Shown here piece after piece: positions 35,459 to 45,554 of a stretch of 64,000 bases of DNA (the stretch's first letter is position 1; each line of letters opens with the position of its first letter). Location: the NCBI GenBank assembly GCA_035512435.1, contig DATKDX010000057.1, positions 46,829 through 110,828 of the forward strand, written 5' to 3'. Both the position numbers and the translations under genes were made by a program. Under the pieces are notes generated by a model, which did not search any database, was not told the DNA's origin, and saw nothing but the letters and a program-made list of their open reading frames with translations. Source of the stretch: Dehalococcoidia bacterium. Lineage in GTDB: Bacteria > Chloroflexota > Dehalococcoidia > SM23-28-2 > RBG-16-64-32.

Positions 35459-36835
35459 ATGCACAAGTCATTCCCGAGGCCTTTATGGCTCATTCTCTCC
35501 CTCCTTGCCATCCTTTCACTTGCGGCCTTTGCTGCCTGTGGCGACGACGATGACGATGACGACGGAGGCGAAACAACCGCACCAGGTGAGACCGACGATG
35601 GCGAGCCGACTGACGATGGAGGTGGCGGTGACATTGGCTCCGTCGACGTAATTGGTCTGTGGGGCGCCGAAGAAGAGGACAATCTCCGCGCGCTGGTGGC
35701 GCCGTGGGAGGATGAAACAGGTGGCAGCCTTTCTTACACGGGTACCCGCGATGACGTGGAGACCGTGCGGACCCGCGTCGAGGGCGGCGACCCGCCTGAC
35801 GTATACTTCCCGGCGAGCCTTGGCTTCTTTCGAGAACTGCAGGCCGATGGCGAGTTAATGCCACTGAGTTCGTGCGCCAACCTCGATCTGGCGGAGTTGG
35901 AGTCCATGTACGGCGCGAGCCTCGACGACTTCACAATTGACGGCGAAGTCTACGGATTCCTCTTCAAGAGTGGAATGAAGGGCACAGTCTGGTACAGCCC
36001 GACCGCATTCTCCGACGCTAATTACGAAGTTCCGGAGACCTACGACGAACTAATTGCCCTCTCCGACCAGATAGTGTCGGACGGCGGAACGCCGTGGAGC
36101 GTCGCTGAGTTCGCAAACGGCGGAACGGGCTTCCCCGGCTCCGACTTCATACAGCAGTTCCTGATCAAGGAATTTGGCCCCGAAGTCTACGACCAGGTAG
36201 CCTCCGGCGAAATCCCATACACCGACGACCGTGTTAAGTCAGCATGGGAGAAGTATGGCGAGATCGTTCTGACCGACGGCTACGTCGTCGGTGGGCCGAC
36301 CCAGGCGCTGGCCACGACGTTCTCGGAGGGCAGTCTGCCGTTGTTCGAGGACCCGCCGGGAGCCTACATGCACTATCTGGGTGCCTTCAACTCCGGATTT
36401 ATCACGGACACCTCGCTGGGCTTCCCGGAGGGTCTTGTGGCAGGAGAAGATTTCGACTTCTTCCGGTTCCCGACAATCGATTCTGAATTTGCTGGCGCCG
36501 TGACAGGTGATGGCAATATGGCCGTGATCTTCAACAACGACGAAACGACCTGCTCCTTCCTGGAGCATGTGGCTTCGCCGGAGGCGCAGGAAATCTGGGT
36601 TGGGGCCGGGGGATTCCTTTCGGTGAACAACCAGGTACCGACGAGCGCCTATCCCAACGAAATAGACCAGAGAGTCGCCGAGGTCCTGGGTAGCACAGAC
36701 GCGATCTTCCGCTTCGACCTGGATGATGCTCAGGGAAGCGCGCCCCAGGTGGCTGTATTCGCTGGTGTGCAGGAGTACATTCAGGGCGGCGATCTGGACG
36801 ACATCCTGTCGCAGATCGCCGCGGCCTACGAGTAA
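35459..36835 (+). CDS. ABC transporter extracellular solute-binding lipoprotein (carbohydrate, family 1)
   Basis: lipoprotein signal LAAFAACGDDDDDDDGGE…, SBP family-1 architecture. Confidence 0.8.
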   Translation: MHKSFPRPLWLILSLLAILSLAAFAACGDDDDDDDGGETTAPGETDDGEPTDDGGGGDIGSVDVIGLWGAEEEDNLRALVAPWEDETGGSLSYTGTRDDVETVRTRVEGGDPPDVYFPASLGFFRELQADGELMPLSSCANLDLAELESMYGASLDDFTIDGEVYGFLFKSGMKGTVWYSPTAFSDANYEVPETYDELIALSDQIVSDGGTPWSVAEFANGGTGFPGSDFIQQFLIKEFGPEVYDQVASGEIPYTDDRVKSAWEKYGEIVLTDGYVVGGPTQALATTFSEGSLPLFEDPPGAYMHYLGAFNSGFITDTSLGFPEGLVAGEDFDFFRFPTIDSEFAGAVTGDGNMAVIFNNDETTCSFLEHVASPEAQEIWVGAGGFLSVNNQVPTSAYPNEIDQRVAEVLGSTDAIFRFDLDDAQGSAPQVAVFAGVQEYIQGGDLDDILSQIAAAYE

Positions 36836-36911
36836 CGGATTTGAGGTGAAGTAGGTAATAGTGGTGGGGCAGCCCCTGTGGCTGCCCCACCAGCGGAGTT
36901 AGAACGACAAT

Positions 36912-37874
36912 ATGATTGGCCGAAAATGGTGGACGCCCTGGCTCTGGATGTCGCCAGCGATGGTGCTTCTCGGGGTATTTCTCGTTTACCCGGTCGTGAA
37001 CACGTTCGTAACGAGCTTCATGGATGCCGATTCTGCAGGCGGCATCGTCGACCTGATCAAGGACCCTGGCAAATTTGTGGGACTCGACAATTACGAGTTC
37101 ATCATTGACAATCCACGGCCCCTCGTATCGAACACGCACGCGGCGCTGTATAACAACGGACTCTGGCTGATCGTCTTCACGGGGCTGACCGTCCCGATCG
37201 GCCTGATCTTCGCTGTACTGGCATCGCGGGTGCGATATGAGGCGGTTGCGAAGTCGGCGATCTTCATCCCGATGGCGATTTCGTTCGTGGCGGCTTCCGT
37301 TATCTGGCGCTTCATGTACGAGTTCAACCCCGACGTGGGCACAGTGAACGCGATAAAGACAGCTGTGGGCAGCGACTCGACGGCCTGGCTGCTGGACAGA
37401 GGGTCGCCGCAGACGCCTATCACTGACGTTGGCCCTGACAGTGCCTGGGGACCATTCCAGGTCAACAACTTCGCCTTGATAATGGTTGGTGTCTGGATGT
37501 GGGCAGGGTTCGCGATGGTGGTCTTGTCGGCTGGACTCAAGGGAATTTCGACGGAGGTACTAGAGGCTGCGCGTGTCGACGGCGCGGGCGAGTGGCAGAT
37601 ATTCCGGCGGATCATACTGCCAATTCTGTCGCCGACAATCATCGTGGTTGCGACGACACTGGTAATCCAGGCACTCAAGAAGTTCGACCTGGTCTGGGTG
37701 ATGACGGGTGGACGGGCTGAGACGGACGTCGTGGCCACTTTGTTCTATACGGAAGCATTCAGGCAGGGTGAGTTCGGGCGTGGTGCCGCGCTGGCGGTGG
37801 TCCTGTTGCTATGGGTGGTGCCGATCATGGTACTCAGCATCCGGCGGTTTCAGTTCCAGGAAGAGACCCGCTAA
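36912..37874 (+). CDS. carbohydrate ABC transporter permease (MalF/SugA-like)
   Basis: 6 TM with EAA loop (EAARVDGAGEWQIFRRIILP). Confidence 0.8.
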   Translation: MIGRKWWTPWLWMSPAMVLLGVFLVYPVVNTFVTSFMDADSAGGIVDLIKDPGKFVGLDNYEFIIDNPRPLVSNTHAALYNNGLWLIVFTGLTVPIGLIFAVLASRVRYEAVAKSAIFIPMAISFVAASVIWRFMYEFNPDVGTVNAIKTAVGSDSTAWLLDRGSPQTPITDVGPDSAWGPFQVNNFALIMVGVWMWAGFAMVVLSAGLKGISTEVLEAARVDGAGEWQIFRRIILPILSPTIIVVATTLVIQALKKFDLVWVMTGGRAETDVVATLFYTEAFRQGEFGRGAALAVVLLLWVVPIMVLSIRRFQFQEETR

Positions 37875-38860
37875 TGTCCAGGCGCGTAGAAGACGTACGA
37901 GGCGAAGGCGCGCTGGCACCGGCATCCTTGAGGCGAGACTCACTCTCGGAAATGATGAAGCGTCAGTTCCGGCGGCTGCCTCTGCACCTCCTCCTCATCT
38001 TCTTCGTCGTCATCTGGAGCATCCCGACAATCGCGCTGCTCGTCAGCTCCCTTCGAGAGCCGGGGGACGTCGTTACCTCCGGATGGTGGAACGCCCTTGC
38101 GCATCCCTTCGATATCACGCTGCAGAACTACGAGGACGTCCTCAGTACCCGGGACATGGACAAGGCTTTCATCAACAGCCTTCTGATCACGATCCCCAGC
38201 ACGTTCTTCGTCGTTCTGGTAGCGGCCTTCGCTGCGTACGCCTTCGCCTGGATGGATTTCCCCGGGCGCAACGCGCTCTTCATCCTGATGGTGGCGCTTT
38301 TGGTAGTGCCGTTGCAGATGACGTTGATTCCAGTGCTGCGGCTTTACACGGAGATCAGCGACATCAGGATCCCTCTCCTGGGCACACCCTTTGATGACGA
38401 CATGCCACTTCTCGGTGGGCGGGTCTTTGGCACTAACAGCTATATCGGAATCTGGATGGCGCATACTGCCTATGGGTTACCGTTCGCTATCTACCTGCTG
38501 CGCAACTTCTTCGGCTCGCTGCCACGGGATATCCTGGAGTCCGCCTACATCGACGGCGCCTCCGACGCTGGCATTTTTTTCAAGCTGATCCTCCCGCTGT
38601 CGATGCCGGCGATCGCGGCGCTGACGATTTTCCAATTCCTCTGGGTCTGGAATGACCTTCTCGTCTCCCTGATTCTGCTTGGGGATCCTGAACTGGCGCC
38701 GATGACGCTCAAGATCAGCTCACTCGTAAGCTCGTTTGGAACGCAGTACCAGTTGCTGACGGCAGCGGCCTTCATCTCGATGGCGTTGCCGCTGGTGATT
38801 TTCTTCGCGCTCCAACGCTACTTCGTGCAGGGAATCCTTGCTGGTTCCGTGAAAGGCTAA
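37874..38860 (+). CDS. carbohydrate ABC transporter permease (MalG/SugB-like)
   Basis: start at ATG overlapping preceding stop (TAATG); EAA loop ESAYIDGASDAGIFFKLILP. Confidence 0.8.
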   Translation: MSRRVEDVRGEGALAPASLRRDSLSEMMKRQFRRLPLHLLLIFFVVIWSIPTIALLVSSLREPGDVVTSGWWNALAHPFDITLQNYEDVLSTRDMDKAFINSLLITIPSTFFVVLVAAFAAYAFAWMDFPGRNALFILMVALLVVPLQMTLIPVLRLYTEISDIRIPLLGTPFDDDMPLLGGRVFGTNSYIGIWMAHTAYGLPFAIYLLRNFFGSLPRDILESAYIDGASDAGIFFKLILPLSMPAIAALTIFQFLWVWNDLLVSLILLGDPELAPMTLKISSLVSSFGTQYQLLTAAAFISMALPLVIFFALQRYFVQGILAGSVKG

Positions 38861-38871
38861 GGGGGTCCGCC

Positions 38872-39995
<1,124 letters not shown>

Positions 39996-39999
<4 letters not shown>

Positions 40000-40811
40000 C
40001 GTTCGCCGGTGACCTGGTTGAGGAAGGCGCCGAGCGCAGCGTTGTACAACTCCGGCCGTTCCCACTGGGGCTGATGCCCCGTCTCCGGGATGACCGCGAG
40101 TTGCGCGCCGGGGATGTTCTGCGCCAGGCGCTTCGAACCCTCGATCAGGAAGCCTGTGTCGAGGTCGCCGTAGATTACCAGCGTCGGCACGCTTACCGCG
40201 GTGATGCGATCGCGGGTTCCGGGCCACGCCTCGAGCGCCAGCCAGGCGCCGATAAACGCGTCGACTGACATGCGGGAGAGTCGCTCGTCCGTAGAGGCCT
40301 GGCGCTCGGTGGGCATGTGTGGCGGCGGTGGGAACGGCGTTTTCATGGCAGCGACCGCGGCCATGCCTTGCTCCTCCGCCACCTTGAAGCGGTAGTCCCG
40401 CCACATCGCGATTGGGCCATTGTTGCCGACTGCGCCGAAGCTGTCGGTCGTGTCGTGTAAAGTCAGTGAGAGGAGGCGTTCCTGGCTGCGCAGCGCGATC
40501 TCCTGAACGATGGTGCCGCCCATTGAGTGGCCCAATAGGTGGTAACGGCCAATGCCGAGGTCATCGATTAGCGTCTCAACGTCCTCAGCGAAGTGATCAA
40601 TGCTGTAGTGCGAGCGGTCGGTCGGCGCATGTGACGCGCCGTGTCCACGCAGGTCAATCGCAACGACCTGGAACGAAGGCGAGAACGCCGGCACCTGGTG
40701 ATGCCAGTCCGTGATGTCGCCGGTGTAGCCGTGAACAAAGACGAGGGGCTGGCCACCCTCGCCGATGATCTCAAAGTTCAGTTCGACGCCGTTGATGGTT
40801 GCTCTAGGCAT
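39996..40811 (-). CDS. alpha/beta hydrolase
   Basis: HGYTGD oxyanion region, nucleophile elbow GHSMGG. Confidence 0.75.
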
Positions 40812-41039
40812 ATCGTCTTTCCCCCTGCGCTCATTGTAGCGTCATTCAACCGAGACGCGGGCGATGGTCGTGAACGTCGTCATGCGGCTGCGCACGGCCA
40901 GCTTCTCGCCGGGCTGGAGGGCGAGGCCGGCGCCCTGCGGCGGCGCCTGCGTGCGGCGAGGGCCGCCGTCTTCGCCGGGCCAGCGTCCGGGCCAGTAACC
41001 GGCCAGCACAGGTTCACTCTTCGTGGTCATCGAGCGCAA

Positions 41040-41081
41040 TCGTACAACTGCTTGACGTTTGACGAGTCTCCGGCCCTATAA
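41040..41081 (+). promoter_or_regulatory. putative sigma70-like promoter (TTGACG … TATAAT) upstream of DinB-like gene
   Basis: cttgacgtttgacgagtctccggccctataat seen 30-70 nt upstream of GTG start with GGAGG RBS. Confidence 0.35.
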
Positions 41082-41114
41082 TCGCGCTGCAAACGCCCCT
41101 ACGAAGGAGGAACT

Positions 41115-41633
41115 GTGAACGCCATCGAACTATTCCGCGCCCAGATCAACGCCTCGCACGATATCGTCGAGGGTACTGTCAACGATCTCACGCAGGAGGC
41201 CTGCGACACACCGGTGGAGGGCACTGCGCACCCCATCGGCGCTACCTATGCGCACATCCTGAGCAGCGAGGACTTCATCGTGAACATGCTCTGTCGCGGC
41301 CAGACCCCGCTGATGATGGGCGAGTGGGCCGCCAAGACAGGAATGAGTGCTCCGCCACCAGCCCCCGGCGGCGACACTTACGGTTGGGCGACGACGGTCA
41401 AGGTCGACCTGCCACAGGCGCGCGAATACGCGAAGGCCGTCTATAAGGCGACGAACGAGTATCTCGACACGCTCTCGGAATCCGATCTGGACCGCGAAAT
41501 GGAAGTTCCGGGGTTCGGTAAGCAGCCTATGGCGTTCTTCCTGGGAATCGGGGCGCTAATCCACCCTGCGAACCATATCGGGGAGATCTCGGCGCTCAAG
41601 GGTATCCAGGGGATGAGGGGCTACCCGTTCTAA
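41115..41633 (+). CDS. DinB_2/DUF664-like (DinB superfamily) protein
   Basis: four-helix DinB-like pattern, conserved His positions; 172 aa. Confidence 0.55.
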   Translation: MNAIELFRAQINASHDIVEGTVNDLTQEACDTPVEGTAHPIGATYAHILSSEDFIVNMLCRGQTPLMMGEWAAKTGMSAPPPAPGGDTYGWATTVKVDLPQAREYAKAVYKATNEYLDTLSESDLDREMEVPGFGKQPMAFFLGIGALIHPANHIGEISALKGIQGMRGYPF

Positions 41634-43156
41634 GCCCGCCGCTCCCAGTACCGCACGAACGCCGCCAGCGCCCGCACCGCCCGCTCCACGCTGGGGAACA
41701 CTACGAGCCCGGCAGCCGCCAGCTGCTCCCGCATGCCTGACACCATGCGCCAGCGCTCCTCGTCCGCGTAGTCAGAAGGGCCGAGCACGACGGCGTAGGG
41801 TTTCTCTGTCCTATCGCCGACGCCGATGAAGCGCTTCGCCACGCGCGGCAGGATGTCAGTCGCGTTCGGCCGCCCGAAGGCCCACGCTTCGTTCATGTTG
41901 GCCAGCAGCAGGTCGAACTCCGCGCTCTCGTCGAACCACTCCAGCACCTCGCCGCCGCCCAGCCCGCTTCCTGCTAGGATCGACTGATCGACCGGATTTG
42001 TCACCCAGCCCGCCAGGTCAGGCGCGCGCTCAGACACTCGCGCCTCCAGGTCGGCGGGAAATGGCGGAACCACGAGCCCAAGCTCCTCGCAGAGGTCAGC
42101 CGTCAGCACGGAACGCCCGCCACCCGAGCCCACCATACCCAGCCGCCGCCCCGTGCCCGGCTTCATGCGCGAAAACGCAATCAACATGTCGATCAGGTCC
42201 TCGCCGGTGTCGACGGCCAGGCAGCCGGCCTGCGTCAGCGCAGCCTCCCAGACCTCCGAAGCTCCCGCCAGTGCCGCCGTGTGCGATGCGGCAGCCCTGC
42301 CCCCCGCCCGCGTGCGCCCGCCTTTCAGCACTACGACCGGCTTTTGCGACGCCGCCCGCTTAAGCGCTTCCAGGAAGCGGCGCCCGTCCTGCACACCTTC
42401 GATGTAAGCGCCGACGACCTTCGTCTCCGGGTCGTCCCCGAAATAGGTCATGAAATCGCTTTCGTCGAGGTCGACGCCGTTGCCGTAACTGATCGCCTTG
42501 GAGAAGCGCAGCCCTCGCGGGCCGCCATAGTGCGTAATCTCGAAGAGCAGGTTTCCGCTCTGCGACAGGAACCCGATGTTCCCCGCCTCGTGCGACATGT
42601 CACGCCGGAACGAGATACCGTGCGCGGGATAGAGCAGTCCCATGCAGTTCGGCCCGATGAGCCTTACGCCCAAACGCTGCGCTTCCGCCAACAGCGCGCG
42701 TTCCGCCTCGGCGCCTTCCTCACTTCCGGTCTCGCTGAAGCGCCCGGTGAACAGCTGCAGCGCCTTCACGTTGCGCTCCCCGCACTGCCGCACGACATCC
42801 ATGATGTAATCCGCTGGGATGCAGGAGATCACGTAGTCGACATCACCTGAGATATCGCCAACCGATTCGGCAACCGGCAAGCCCAATATCTCGCCGCCCT
42901 TGGGGTTCACGGGGTAGATGTCGCCACGGAAGCCGAACTCCTGCATCGACTTCACGTAGTCGTAGCCCGGCGTATCGGGGTTCGCGGAGGCGCCAACCAC
43001 TGCCACCGACCGTGGTTTGAAGATGGCGTCGATGAGGCGGAATGTGTCGCTGGTCACGGCGAGAAGACTACGAGATGCCGATACTGGGAACAACTCGCCC
43101 CGCGGCGCGGAGCGGGTTATCTTTCCCCAGGAAGGAGCGTCGATATGGGCAGCCAA
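41630..43156 (-). CDS. CoA-binding acyl-CoA synthetase (NDP-forming) alpha-type / succinyl-CoA-synthetase-like flavodoxin domain protein
   Basis: RSVAVVGASANPDTPGYDYV…DIYPVNPKGGEILG CoA-binding Rossmann start, ligase-CoA domain. Confidence 0.65.
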   Translation of the reverse strand: MAAHIDAPSWGKITRSAPRGELFPVSASRSLLAVTSDTFRLIDAIFKPRSVAVVGASANPDTPGYDYVKSMQEFGFRGDIYPVNPKGGEILGLPVAESVGDISGDVDYVISCIPADYIMDVVRQCGERNVKALQLFTGRFSETGSEEGAEAERALLAEAQRLGVRLIGPNCMGLLYPAHGISFRRDMSHEAGNIGFLSQSGNLLFEITHYGGPRGLRFSKAISYGNGVDLDESDFMTYFGDDPETKVVGAYIEGVQDGRRFLEALKRAASQKPVVVLKGGRTRAGGRAAASHTAALAGASEVWEAALTQAGCLAVDTGEDLIDMLIAFSRMKPGTGRRLGMVGSGGGRSVLTADLCEELGLVVPPFPADLEARVSERAPDLAGWVTNPVDQSILAGSGLGGGEVLEWFDESAEFDLLLANMNEAWAFGRPNATDILPRVAKRFIGVGDRTEKPYAVVLGPSDYADEERWRMVSGMREQLAAAGLVVFPSVERAVRALAAFVRYWERRA

Positions 43157-43678
43157 TTCACTTACATCACGGACGAGCAGACGGAACTCATCCGCAACTC
43201 ACCTGTCTTCTTCGTGGCCAGCGCCGCGTCCGACCTGAGTGCGGGGCCGGAAGATCAGGGGCCCGTGAACCTCTCTCCGAAGGGCGCCACGCCGCTGCAC
43301 GTCATCGACGCCAACCACGTCGCCTACCTCGACTACCGCGGCAGTGGCAACGAGACGGCCCGCCACGCTGCCAGCGAAGGCCCTGTAACCGTGATGATCA
43401 TGTCGATGGGCAAGGAAGACGCCGGAATCATCCGTCTCTACGGCCATGCGAAAGTCGTCGCGCTGGAAGAGTCTTCCCTTGCCGACGAGCTCAAGGCTGA
43501 CGCTTCCGAGACGATCGGCCTAGCCATGCGCCAGGTCGTCGAAGTCACCGTGGAGAGCACGCAGACCAGCTGTGGCTACGGCGTCCCCGTCTTCGAATTC
43601 GTCGAGCAGCGCACGAAGTTCGGACGCGGCCGCCGCTACAAGCCCGCCCGCGCCGAAGCGAAGCAGCCCTCTTCCTGA
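43145..43678 (+). CDS. pyridoxamine 5'-phosphate oxidase family (PPOX-class, possibly F420/FMN-binding) protein
   Basis: split-barrel PNPOx-like pattern (VFFVASAAS…GPVNLSPKGA). Confidence 0.6.
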   Translation: MGSQFTYITDEQTELIRNSPVFFVASAASDLSAGPEDQGPVNLSPKGATPLHVIDANHVAYLDYRGSGNETARHAASEGPVTVMIMSMGKEDAGIIRLYGHAKVVALEESSLADELKADASETIGLAMRQVVEVTVESTQTSCGYGVPVFEFVEQRTKFGRGRRYKPARAEAKQPSS

Positions 43679-43732
43679 CCCGTTCCTGCTCCTTGCGTCT
43701 GGATCCTCCCCGCGTGTTATAACGGAGTAGCC

Positions 43733-44428
43733 ATGCGCTTCGCTGTTATCGTCTTCCCCGGCACCTGGAGCGACCACGATTCTCAGTACTCCCTCCAGGT
43801 CGCCGGCCAGGAAGCCGACCTCGTCTGGCACTGCGAGACCGACCTGTCGAAGTATGACGCCATCGTCCTGCCCGGCGGCTTTTCCTACGGCGACTATCTG
43901 CGCACAGGCGCCATCGCCCGCTTTTCGCCCGTCATGCAGACCGTTATCGCGGATGCTGAAGCCAGTAAGCCCGTCATCGGCATCTGCAACGGCTTCCAAA
44001 TCCTGTGCGAGGCGCACCTGCTGCCCGGCGCCCTGATGCGCAACGAGTCCCTGCAATACCGCTGCCAGTGGATCTACCTGCGTACCGAAAACGCTGATTC
44101 CGCTTGGACCGGCGCCCTCGACCCCGGCCAGGTCATTCAGATCCCGGTCTCACATGGCGAGGGCCGCTATACCGCCGAGACCGCCACCCTCGACGAACTC
44201 GAATCCACCGGACGCGTCGCCTTCCGATACTGCACTGCCGACGGCGAGACATCATCCCAGGCCAACCCCAACGGCAGTGACCGCAACATCGCCGGCATCA
44301 CGAATGAGCGCGGCAATATCCTGGGTCTCATGCCGCACCCGGAGCGTGCCTGCGAACCGCTCCTCGGCGGCGAGGACGGCCTCCTCATCTGGCGCTCCGT
44401 CGTGGAGTGGGCAAAGGTAACCGCCTGA
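43733..44428 (+). CDS. purQ: phosphoribosylformylglycinamidine synthase subunit PurQ (glutaminase)
   Basis: MRFAVIVFPGT…LPGGFSYGDYLRTGAIA…ICNGFQIL…HPE class-I glutamine amidotransferase triad. Confidence 0.9.
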   Translation: MRFAVIVFPGTWSDHDSQYSLQVAGQEADLVWHCETDLSKYDAIVLPGGFSYGDYLRTGAIARFSPVMQTVIADAEASKPVIGICNGFQILCEAHLLPGALMRNESLQYRCQWIYLRTENADSAWTGALDPGQVIQIPVSHGEGRYTAETATLDELESTGRVAFRYCTADGETSSQANPNGSDRNIAGITNERGNILGLMPHPERACEPLLGGEDGLLIWRSVVEWAKVTA

Positions 44429-44507
44429 CGCAGAAGTTAACCAATCCGCTGCCGGGGAGTTATCTAGATAAGCGCGGCAGGCGTTTCTGTTTGCCGGGTC
44501 AGCGCAT

Positions 44508-44707
44508 ATGAGTGACGAATCGGTCATCCACGGGACGCCGCAGCCGGAAGTGGTTATCGTCGTCATCGCCTGTTCGCGATTCTCTTCGCGGGCAAATTCC
44601 CACGCGGTCTGTACGATTTCGTCACCGGATTCAATCGGTGGCAGGCCCGTGTAACCGCCTACGTCACGTCGCTCACCGATAGATACCCGCCGTTTAGCCT
44701 GAACTGA
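44508..44707 (+). pseudogene. frameshifted single-repeat DUF4389 fragment
   Basis: ATG frame gives MSDESVIHGTPQPEVVIVVIA… (TM-like) then in the +2 frame LFAILFAGKFPRGLYDFVTGFNRWQARVTAYVTSLTDRYPPFSLN*, which is a complete DUF4389 repeat unit matching both repeats of the downstream gene. Confidence 0.4.
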
Positions 44708-44730
44708 TCCGCACCAAGGAGGGAAGACAG

Positions 44731-45324
44731 ATGACAACTGAACCGATGGTAAGCTCACCAGGCGGCCCACCCGTCCGCTTCGACGTCGAGTCCTCAGAGT
44801 CACTCTCGCGAATACTGATCTTCGTTAAGTGGCTGCTCTGGATACCGCATTACATCATTCTCTATCTGCTCTCCTACATCGTGCTTGTCATCACGGTGAT
44901 CGCCTTCTTCGCGATCCTCTTTACGAAGAAGTATCCAAGGGGCATGCACAACTTCGTGGTTGGCGTCGCGCGCTGGAACGCCAACGCGTACGCCTATGTG
45001 CTCTTGCTGCGCGATGAGTACCCGCCGTTCTCCTGGGAACCGGGCAAATATCCGGTCAGCTTTGAGATCGACTACCCCGAAGATCTGAGTCGGTGGGCGC
45101 CGCTCTATAAGTGGTTGCTCGTGATCCCCAATCTTCTCGTCCTATTCATAGTCATGATCATCGCGATTCTGCTTATCGTCATCGGTTGGTTCGCGATCCT
45201 GTTCACGGGCAGGTTGCCGCGCGGCATCCACGACTTCATCGAAGGCACGATGCGCTGGTACGCCCGTGTGTACGCGTATGTTTACCTGCTGCGCGATGAA
45301 TACCCGCCGTTCAGCATGAAGTAG
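44731..45324 (+). CDS. DUF4389 domain membrane protein (two internal repeats)
   Basis: repeats FAILFTKKYPRGMHNFVVGVARWNANAYAYVLLLRDEYPPFS and FAILFTGRLPRGIHDFIEGTMRWYARVYAYVYLLRDEYPPFS. Confidence 0.7.
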   Translation: MTTEPMVSSPGGPPVRFDVESSESLSRILIFVKWLLWIPHYIILYLLSYIVLVITVIAFFAILFTKKYPRGMHNFVVGVARWNANAYAYVLLLRDEYPPFSWEPGKYPVSFEIDYPEDLSRWAPLYKWLLVIPNLLVLFIVMIIAILLIVIGWFAILFTGRLPRGIHDFIEGTMRWYARVYAYVYLLRDEYPPFSMK

Positions 45325-45554
45325 GCCCGCGATCGCAGACAAAGCCGCCACCCGGCCCAGGGCCTGGTACGAGTCGCTCTGGGCCACGATTCTCCTTAGC
45401 TACGTCTTCGCGCCTATCGGCCTGTTCCTGATGTGGCGCTACCAGCCGTGGCCGACCTGGCTCAAGGCCGGCCTCACCGTCTTCGGGCTGACAATGTGGG
45501 TCGCCGGCACTTACGTCTCTTCCACGTACATCACGCCGCGGCTATTCTGATTTC

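Noticed and set aside
37811-37873. Upstream extension of the second ABC permease overlapping the first permease by 63 nt
   Set aside because: An ATG at 37874 overlapping the upstream stop (TAATG) gives a typical MalG-like N-terminus. The extension is unsupported.
40842-41039. 65-aa minus-strand ORF (MRSMTTKSEPVLAGYWPGRW…) in the hydrolase/DinB-like intergenic region
   Set aside because: No RBS and no recognisable family. The region contains a plausible plus-strand promoter for the DinB-like gene, so it was left uncalled.
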